This document shows, piece after piece, positions 52,159-61,616 of a stretch of 64,000 bases of DNA; the first letter of the stretch is position 1; each line of letters starts with the position of its first letter. The notes beneath the pieces are model-generated. The model searched no databases and was not told the origin of the DNA. It saw only the letters and a list, made by a program, of their open reading frames with translations. The stretch spans positions 10,005,624 through 10,069,623 of the forward strand of contig JAHRHZ010000218.1 of assembly GCA_024137785.1 (NCBI GenBank), read 5' to 3'. The position numbers were made by a program, and so were the translations under genes. This DNA comes from Ginglymostoma cirratum. Taxonomy: Eukaryota.

Positions 52159-53327
52159 GTAAGTAGCAAATTCACTGAACTGGATTCCATTGTGACTTCT
52201 GGAGTGAATTTTATTCCTACTGCACAATATGTACTTTAGACCAGGGTTAATTCATTTCAATTTTTTAATGAACTTACAGTCGTATACATCACACAGACTT
52301 GGAACTTAGGTGCACTACCTCTAATGCATAACAGAACCATCAATAAGAAAATAACTCGCGACAATAGTTCTAAGTTGCTTACTAAGCCACTTATTGGGAA
52401 CCACAAAAGTATGCCATGTATAATTGCAATTACCATGTTCACAACTTGAAACATAGATGGTCAAGGTAAGTTGATAGAAAGGTCCCCCCCATTCATAATG
52501 CTTAGGTTATTGTGCGTAGTGTAGGGAGAATGGGTCAGAAAGACCATTTGGAGATCCAGAACATGTCAAAGGCAAAGATTGAAGATCAGGAGACTCCTGG
52601 ACCTGCTGGGTCTGGAAAAATGTGCAAATTGAGCTGCCCATTTCGAAAAAAGTGCCAAGGCTTAAGTACCGAGTAACAGAGACACAATTGGTATAGTTGG
52701 ACATGCCACTTAATTACTTTATCTTGATAATATAGGACTGAGTGTCAGTTAACTTATATGAATGCTTCTCTTATGCCTGTCCAAGGAAGCATTAAATATT
52801 CTGCCCATAATCTGCTGCTGTGCTTTCTCAGATTTTCCAAGATATGTGGGACTAAATTTATGAGTCACCCGTAGTCATGAAAACAGGTAAGTGGACCCCA
52901 ACATTAGGACATTGTGCCATCAGGGATGTTCCTTGCACTAGTGGTTCACCAACACACACATGACGTTATGGGCACCAATCTGTGGTCCAGTTGAGACTCT
53001 TAACTGCACAGTTAATGCCTGATTAAGTGCCTCGCCACACTGCGGCTCCTGTTTAACAGGTTGCAGGAGAGACCTGTGCCAAATGTGTAGCCTGGCAGGT
53101 TTAACCTTGCAAAATTCTTAATCGGTGAAAGAGCGAGGAGTGTCTTCTTCCCAGACCTCACCATGCTAAGTAGTGGAACCCCGACAGTTTACCTTCCCCA
53201 AATCCACCCTCCTGTCACTGACCTGCTAACGTGTACCCCTTCCCTACTTGCAGTGGCCTGTCATTCAGGCCCTGGAAAAGCCCTGGACCTGCCTCAATGG
53301 CCAAGGTCATTGATGACCATCACTAAT

Positions 53328-53454
53328 ATAACAAGATGTAGAGCTGGATGAACACAGCAGGCCAAGCAGCATCAGAGGAGCAGGAAAGCTGTGTTCATCC
53401 AGCTCTACACCTTGTTATCGCAGATTCTCCAGCATCTGCAGTTCATACTATCTC
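53328..53454 (+). mobile_element. Penelope-type family A short fold-back element with an 11-bp TSD
   Basis: TSD tgatgaccatc at 53311-53321 and 53455-53465. Arms ataacaagatgtagagctggatgaacacagc and gctgtgttcatccagctctacaccttgttat. Confidence 0.85.
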
Positions 53455-53829
53455 TGATGACCATCTCTTCCTGCTTTATCTGCAATACCAGCAGTGGCTG
53501 CTGCAGTGCACAGTGTTGTGTGAGTGCTGGCCAATTCTGGCAGATCTATGAGGTGAAACTTGCTCTTCGAGGCACAGGGAGGTCCTGCCTCATATAGTGC
53601 TGTGTTTTATTTGCTCTTCTTTGACAATTGCTCTGTTGATTTCCATCGGTGCCATGTACCAGATTTTAAATAGGGGAATTCAATAATCATATGATAATAA
53701 TTAATTTATATGTTTCAAATTAAGGATTGTTTTGTCAGCAGTTTTCCAAAAGTTATTAATTCATTGAATGTGGATATCATTGGCTAGGCCAGAATTCATT
53801 GGCCATCTCTAATTACCCTGGGGAACCAT

Positions 53830-53936
53830 GATGTGGAGGTGCCAGGGTTGGACTGGGGAGGACAGGGTCAGAGGTCACATGACACCGGGTTATAGTCCAA
53901 CAGGTTTATTCAAAATTTCAAGCTTTCAGAGCGCTG
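53830..53936 (-). mobile_element. Penelope-type family C truncated copy
   Basis: gatgtggaggtgccagggttggactg...caacaggtttatt...caagctttcagagcgctg matches 34654-34760 and breaks inside hammerhead stem II. Confidence 0.8.
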
Positions 53937-55173
53937 TAGAAGTGAATCTAATTGGGCAAGCACTGGCATCAATATGGATCATCCCCTCGGCACTTCTGGC
54001 TGAAGATAGTTTGCAGTGTTTCAACATGATCTTTTGTCCTGATGGACAGCTTTCTCCAGCATTAAGGATGAGGATATTTGTATAAGCACTCTCCTGTGTG
54101 TTATTTGATTATCATAGACTGTTTGTGATTGGATGTAACAATAAAACAGAGTTTTGATCTGTTCCATTAGTTGTGGATTTACTTTGGTGTGTCTATCACA
54201 TTTGGCTAGCATTGTTTAGCATGCAAATAGTCCCATATTGTCGCTTTACTAGGTTGGCACATTGTTTTTCTTGAGTAGGGCAAATATGCTGGATATTTTA
54301 GATTTTGATTTTTAGGAAGTATTTGACTAGAAATCTTATAGTTAAGCCAGTTACTACAAGGATAAAGAGGCTAATTTTTTAAACTAGATCATAAAATGCT
54401 AAATATGAGAAACATTATTACACAGCTAATTGGACAGCTCTGACTAACTGAGTATCTCTCCGATCAGTGTTGAGATTTCTGCCGCATTGAGGTGACAATA
54501 AATATATTTCTATGCAGCATCGAGTCATTTGGGGGTCAGAACATTCAGCGAGGTGATCAGCTTCAGGGGAAACGTTAGGCTCACCTTACCAGGGTGATTG
54601 CAGGGCTGTCAGTGCTGATGACACCAAAAGAGAGTCTGCTTTATGCATTACACTTCACCGTCACCTTTTCAGATACCCTTCCCAGGCAATATGCTCCTGC
54701 CTGGACTTTCATTTCCACTTCTTGCTGTACCCACACCACTCTTTTTCTTCTCCTCCCTCTCGGGTCTTCCACACAGTTGTCTGGGTCTGTGCTGGCCACA
54801 AGCCCTCTGCACCCAGACCCAGAAGGGCCACTATAACCACCGCTAAACCTGAATTTGGGGAACCACCCACCGAGTGTCAGGCCTGAGTGCAGTCACCCAG
54901 GCTGTGCCCAGACAAAGTCAGACTTGCACCCTAACCCTACCTGGGCATCAGTCAAAGCCGGCAGGCGATTGTTACCAGTCAGTGCTTTCGTCTCTCATGG
55001 CTGTGTCCCTCAATACACATTATGTCAGTTCTGAGCTCCTCATGCAAAACATGCAGAGCCATCCACAGTAGTTAGGCAGTAACGATAAGTCAGAAATATG
55101 GAACAGATGCCATCAGAGAAGCCCACGCATTAAACCCACAATAGAATTGGAGACAGATTCGAAATAGTCAGGG

Positions 55174-55421
55174 TGAAATAACTCCACAGAGCCCAGTAGC
55201 CGGTCTCCAAGTCACCCTTTATTTACACGTGCATAGTACTCAATACTGGTCCAGCTTCCTCAGAGGTAGCTGTCAGAATGGACAGAACCTCTGATGCTTT
55301 TGCTCTTATCTGTCAGCCTGGGCTCCCTGATTAGGTCAGGTTAACAGCCCCAATCAGGGAACTCATATTCTATGATGTCCACCTGGCTGACCTCATTACA
55401 GTCACTACAGTCTCCCCCTCA
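55174..55421 (-). mobile_element. LTR (55174-55409) with adjacent polypurine tract, Gypsy-like 3' LTR
   Basis: Minus strand: PPT tgagggggagac immediately before TGTAGT..., internal AATAAA, ending ...gttatttCA. No second LTR was found. Confidence 0.65.
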
Positions 55422-58400
55422 CTTACCAACGTCCTGGGATCCACGAACAATACTAATCCTTGGGTGAGTATTCTACTGACAGCAACCACTGCCTCACTGG
55501 TCATACTGTCACTCAATCAGAGCTGCTGGGCCCTAGTTGGTCAGCTGTTCCCAGCAGATGGGACTTCTGCCGTCTTGATGCTAAGAAAGGTCCCATGTCA
55601 TCCAATTTAATGTCTTCCTTAGAAGAGACGTTACCTCAACACACCCCACTCCCCTTCCAAAAATAGCGTTTTAATTGAACACGGTTTTTTTATTGATAGC
55701 TTTTGTACAATGTAGCTTGCCTCTTAGTTTACCAGACACCTTAACCAACAGTTTATGCATTGTATTGCACAAATTGAATTTCAGATTGTTACCCTATCCA
55801 TCTCTGTGCTTTCGAAAATCTACTTTCACACATTTAGTAGAAGGTGCATAGTAATAAACTCAATGAGATAAATGTTCAAAAAGTTAATGAAACTTCACAA
55901 CTGAAGTTGACTTTGCACTGTTGCAGCCCTAAATCAATAACAGGCTGTCACTCAAGGTGGCATTAACAACGCTCCATCTTAGTTAGAGAACACTTAATAT
56001 GTTCCTGTGCTGAAAGAATTAAAAGAAATTCAGAGCGTAAAAAACAGTTACAATAATAGATTGTCAGTTATTCAACATGCAGGCTTGTTTGAGCTAACGA
56101 AATATGTCAGCACATGGTATGTAATGGGAAATAAATTGTGGAGATTGCACAGGGAACTTAAGCAGCATTCTGTTATAAGTGCTGAGAGAAATCAGTTTTA
56201 AGCTTAGAAAATTCTGGAGATGTATATATAACATAAAACTGTCATGTTAAAAGTTTTCACTGTTTATGCAATTCTTTAAATGCTGAACAAATACAACTAA
56301 AGACTTCAGTCATAGACCAGTTTGTTGAAGCAAAGACCAGCTGATTTCAATTATAACTTCAGCACATTCTGTGTGCTTTACCAGAGCTGGATAGGCTGCT
56401 CAGATTGAACCTGATGACCTTTCTGTCTTTATAGTTAGGAGTTTCCAAAAGTGTAATGTTTAGATTAGGTTTTGTTTTCAAATGGTTTTATATTTATTGG
56501 CAATAGGAACATTTTCCTATTTCACAATCAGTGTATAATACCACTTAGCATTGACAATCTTGCAACACAGAGTCAGATCTGCATCAAAACTCAAAACCTT
56601 TAAAGATATACAAAGAATATCAGGATTTGAATGTCAAAAACAATTTTATATTTACAAATTACACAGCTACTACCATAAAACCCGATATTTTCAGAAGTAT
56701 TACGTAGAATGGAGTAAAAAATTCAAAATAATCTGAATATTAAAGTTTCATTTAAGTATATTAAGAAATTGTTCACGTCATAAGAGACATTGCAAACTGT
56801 TCACACCATTCATGATTTTATAAATATTATATATACACATGTTTTATATGTTTATAATTTTAGTTATTAAGCAAAATAGAAGACATGTACTGTTCCACAT
56901 TGTTTGCCCATCTCTGTATATAAGTTTAAATGTAACTGGAGGTAATAATTTGACTTACTGAAATTAATTGGGGATGCAATTGGACTTTAATAATCCTATG
57001 AAATGGGCTTACAGTGAATCAACAATCTGTTTTACGCCAGACACAGTTTTCATTATACACAGAAAACAGGCTCCTAATTCACTAGAAGCCTGTTTTGCTC
57101 TGCTAACATAGACCAATTTCACCCCCATTGTTTCCAATTTTCCATGCACAATTAACTTGAAATATTATGAAAATTGAAAGCAGTTTCGGTCTTTTTGAAT
57201 TGCAAACATTGGAATGTCTTCTGTGGGAAATGGTTAAAAATATGGTCAAACTGCACAAAGCTAAACTACGTTTCTTTTGACTAGGTGGCATCTCTCACAG
57301 TAGACTCATGTTCTGAAGATCAGGATGCTGGTTACTGCACAGCAACCAGCTTGACGTCAGCAACTGATTGGTAAGATTTCCTCTTGCAGCCGCTGCAAGG
57401 TTAGATGTGTTATGACAAGAAAAACAAAGGTGAGGTTGCAAGAACCTAATAGCTAGCTATATCACTACGTTCCTACTGTTACTTATAAAACCCCTGTACT
57501 TATCAAATATTGGATATTGAATCTGCAACAAAAAATGGCCACAGTTCTGCCAAGAAGACCAGCGAGGGTACCGAGGACCTGAGTAATGGATGACAAACTC
57601 AGCAAAATCTGGAACATAAATGTTCTATCTGCATGGCCTCATTTGAGTAAATGTTTACAGAGTCTCACATGACCAGATTGACATAGCCAGTGACTGGACA
57701 GTCAATGGACATCACATTGGGAGGGACAGACCAGCGTTTTCTCTTGATTGAAAATGGAAGAATGTCAGAGTTTCCTTTTTGTGATAAATGATGATGAGGA
57801 TGTTGATACTCTGGGTTCCTGAAAATCATTTGGTACTGGTTTCGGAGACCCAAGGTTCTCTTAAAGGCATGACATGAGAATTCCTGCTCCTCCAGGTCTA
57901 CAAAGAGTTCAAAGACAAAGTTTAAAAGCTTACCTGCCTCTTTCTAGTCCATCACTTCCTTCTGCATCTTTGCTGTTGTTAACCAACACACAACATGGGA
58001 GGTCTCCCAGTAGAGGACTCAAAATTATTTTGCAATGCCAATGATATCGTTGAACTACAACTTTTAAATCTTAAGTAACTTTGGTGTGCTTTTAGTGTTT
58101 ACTTCATCTAGGGCTTGAATCTCATCTGAACCATCAATATTATGATGAGAAAATTTCAGAAGCTTTTGGAATTGAGAATTCAAATTTTAGGATTTTAACG
58201 CCTTGTCCAACTCACTACTGCTATTCTGGACAGAGTGGCGAGGGAGAGAAGATGGTGGAAAGTGTTAAAGTTTGGCTGTGAAGTCAGCACAGCAAACCTA
58301 AGGATACATTTAGTTCTGCGAGAGTTAATACTCATCCCATAGCAATTGGAATGACGATACAAATTGTTTGGTCCTCATGCAGAGTAAATTTTTTTTAGAT

Positions 58401-58540
58401 GTTTTCTAATGCATTTAAAAATCAATTTTGTTTAGAATCTGGGATTTTTGTAAAGAGAGAAATAATTGGAATACCACTGGAAAGTGAGGGCAAACATTTA
58501 GTTTCCCACAATAAGCAGATCATCAAATTACCCAGAAAGT

Positions 58541-58573
58541 GATTCTCCAGCATCTGCAGTACCTTTTATCTCT
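58541..58573 (+). mobile_element. Extreme 3' tip of family A
   Basis: gattctccagcatctgcagtaccttttatctct is identical to the tail of 61257-61347. Confidence 0.75.
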
Positions 58574-59389
58574 CTCAACTACATTTTCCAACTGGCTAGT
58601 TAGGATTTGAGACCTAGGTTTGCACCCAGTTCAGTTTGACGGTATCTCATCTTCTTTGTCCGACAGCTGTTAAGAGTTTGATGTCAAATAAATTTGACAG
58701 TAAAAATATTATTTGTAGTCAAACCATGCTTATGAAACTATCTCAAATATTGTTAATTGACAGTAATTCAACATTTCATTTGAAGATAGCCTGAGTAACA
58801 TTTTCTGAGTATGACCATTAGAAATCTGATGCATCGCAGTGGAGCAGTCAAGTTCTTTTGTGTGTGGAGCACCCACACTGACTTTGTAGCTGACACTGTA
58901 GTTAGACTGTGTGACAATCAATGGCAGTACCGCATCAGGCAAGTTCAAGTACAAAGGCTGAGCTGTTGGCTGAACAGAAAAATAGAAACAGTAAACACTG
59001 ATGATGTATGACAAATGAACAAACGTGAAAAAAAGTGAACAACTTAATACTGGATGCTTTGTCAGGCTATTTGGCAGATGAACTTTTCTTGCTTCACTAA
59101 GAAAGAAATAGTATACGAAGTTTTATTTTTACAAATCGAATCATATGTTAAGAGCATTCAAGTGCATAACTTTCTATTTATGGATACAGCTCATACTAAT
59201 GGGTGAGCCGCCTGCAGAGTTAATTGAGCATGTCTCTGGAGTAAGTTGGCTGTCGGCACACCTCTAGTTCTGATGTGCCATATTTCAAAAGACTTCGGAA
59301 AAGAGAATTGCAAAACAAATGGAAAATCAATATGTGTTTGCTTGCTGACAAAAATTCATAGTTTCTAACTTTCTAAGGCAGCTCGGTCA

Positions 59390-59760
59390 TGATGGACTCT
59401 TGCCTCAAAGGCAGAAAATCATGAGGTTATGTCCAATTACAAACAGTTGAGCAAATATACTAGGCTTTTACTTCAGTGTTACTAAGAGAGTGCTTGGAGG
59501 TGCTGGCTTTTGAATAAGACATCAAGCTGAGAGGCATATCTGACCTATGAGACATTTCTGCTGTCTTGGCTGTGTATAAAAAATCGCATATCATTGTTTT
59601 GAATAAGGTGAGGAGTGCTCTGACTTGACAATATTAGTCAATTAATCAACAGATTATCTGATCATGAAATTGCTGTTTCTGGGACTTTGCTGGGTGAAAA
59701 CTGGCTCCTGTGTTTCCTACATTACAGCCATGACTAAAGTAATTAATGACTGTTAAACTC
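59390..59760 (+). mobile_element. DeuSINE-like element, degraded
   Basis: gactcttgcctc...taggcttttacttcagtgttactaagagagtgct...cagattatctgatcatgaaattgctgtttctgggactttgctg...tgtttcctacattacagc, similar to 18385-18775. Confidence 0.65.
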
Positions 59761-60912
59761 TCGCACTCCTGGGTTCTTTGCGTAACAATTTTTTGAGTCA
59801 GAAACCATCTCTTTTTCCAATGTTAGGATACAATAGATACAACCTTGCTAGAACAGGCCATTGTCATGCACATGCCAATAATTAGACTTTTTCCAGCATC
59901 ATTCTACTGAAAATATTTTACTGCTCTTATTATCTGGAAGTGCAAGCTGATATTGTGAGATGAAGGCAACAGGACATCTGAGATCTTATTGGGTAGTGGA
60001 ACCAACAGTTCATCTCCTTAATGAGATTTGGCAAATAAGAAATGAGAATTTACAGTGAAAGAATGTAGAGTCAGTGAATTAAATTTAAATCAATTACAGA
60101 AGGAGAAATATAGAGAATAAAAGGAGAGAAAGGAAAAGTAAGAAATATGTTTTAAAATGTCATTTTGATAAGCATTTCTTTATGCCGGAAAAGGATTGAC
60201 AAATAAATTCTTGCTTTTCTAGGCCCAAGAAGTTGACTGGCACGATATTAACAATAGTCATGTTATTATTACTTGCACTTCAAATTATAAGCCATGACTT
60301 CCTGTGATGTTCTTAAAGTAGTCAGAGACCCGTGGTTAAGATTTTACTTTCACACTGCAAACAGAATGGCGCAAGCCTAACATCAAGTTCTGGAGATTCT
60401 TAGCTTTTGGTACATCCCCTTAATTTGTTCACTATTTTGTGTCATAATAATGGTGCATCATTAATATATCAGTATTTTTCAGCAACAGCTGCTTTCAACA
60501 GTTGTCATCTAGGCAGACTTTGATCTGTTGGCAAATAACATTTGACTTTTGCCATTAGTACATTTTATTGAATATTTAGTTTGTTCAAATAATAAGAAAC
60601 TATTTGTGTGCTTTTTTTCAGTTCAATTTAGAATATCACACGTAACTACCAGCATGGTATTGCGACCTAAAGTTCAGTGCATGATTTTTAAGGACACTGC
60701 AATTCCACTATTGAAATAGCTTAAAGAGAAAACAGATTGTTTTGTTTATTTTGCGGAATGTAATGGGTAACGATGAGGTACAATGCAGTCATTTAATTGA
60801 ATAGGCTAATTACAATGCCTATGAGAATGAATACCATTAAGGTTTAGAGTAGATTTGTAGCTCGGATTGAGGATATAGTGGTTGGTTGGCTCGCCGAGCT
60901 GGTTCATTGTTC

Positions 60913-60954
60913 TGCAGACATTTCATTACCCTGCTGGGTAACATCATCAGTGCA
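60913..60954 (-). ncRNA. Putative minimal type-I hammerhead ribozyme in the Penelope pLTR (family D)
   Basis: Minus strand: tgca CTGATGA t GTTACCC-agca-GGGTAAT GAAA TGTC tgca. Stem I is 4 bp, stem II is 7 bp, and the triplet is GUC. The sister copy at 61675-61705 retains GAAACGTC. Confidence 0.75.
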
Positions 60955-61616
60955 TCCTCCGATGAAGCTCTGTTGTATTTTCCCACTTGTTATGTAAACT
61001 CTGGAGCCCGTTGAGCTGGGTTACCTCACTTCCGGATTTTCTTTGCAATAGAGTGTATATGGGGTCTAGCTGTATGTGTTGATTGATGGCTTTCTTAGTG
61101 GAGCACCAGACTTCTAGGAATTCCCATGCTTGTCTCTGCTTTGCCTGTCCCAGGATCCTAGTGTTGTCCCAATTGAACCGGTGGTTTTCCTTATCCATGT
61201 GGATGGAGATGAATGAGTATTCATCATGTCTTTTTGTTGCCAGTTAATGTTCATGTCCTGCTCCTACGATGCTGCTTGACCTGCTGTGTTCATCCAGCCC
61301 CATGCTTGTTATCCGGATTCTCCAGCATCTGCAGTACCTTTTATCTCTAATGTTCATGTACTGTTGTGGCTAATTTCCTTCCTGTCTGTCCAATGTAATG
61401 TTTGTCACAGTCTTTACAGGGAACCTTGTATATGACATTGGTCCTGTCCATAGTGGGTAGCGGGTCTTTGGTTTGGATTAGCAGTTGGCGTAGGGTTGAT
61501 GTGGGTTTGTGTGCTACTCTGATGTCCAGTGGTTGTAGGAGTCTTGTGTTCCTGATGTAAGATAGCGTGATGAGTGTGTCGGGGCGTGCAGTATCTTCTT
61601 GGTGTTGTTCATGCAA
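60947..61616 (-). pseudogene. Penelope ORF C-terminus (end of RT thumb/linker plus GIY-YIG endonuclease), disrupted
   Basis: ORFs 61347-61616 and 60947-61198 join in frame after removing the 61257-61347 insertion and one TSD copy: VHEH*LATKRHDEYSFISIHMDK. Confidence 0.88.
61257..61347 (+). mobile_element. Family A 3' fragment inserted into the GIY-YIG ORF, with a 12-bp TSD
   Basis: TSD taatgttcatgt at 61245-61256 and 61348-61359. Confidence 0.9.

Noticed and set aside
53454-53460. CTGATGA as another hammerhead or snoRNA box
   Set aside because: It is created by the element end plus the TSD, and no stem II or GAAA follows.
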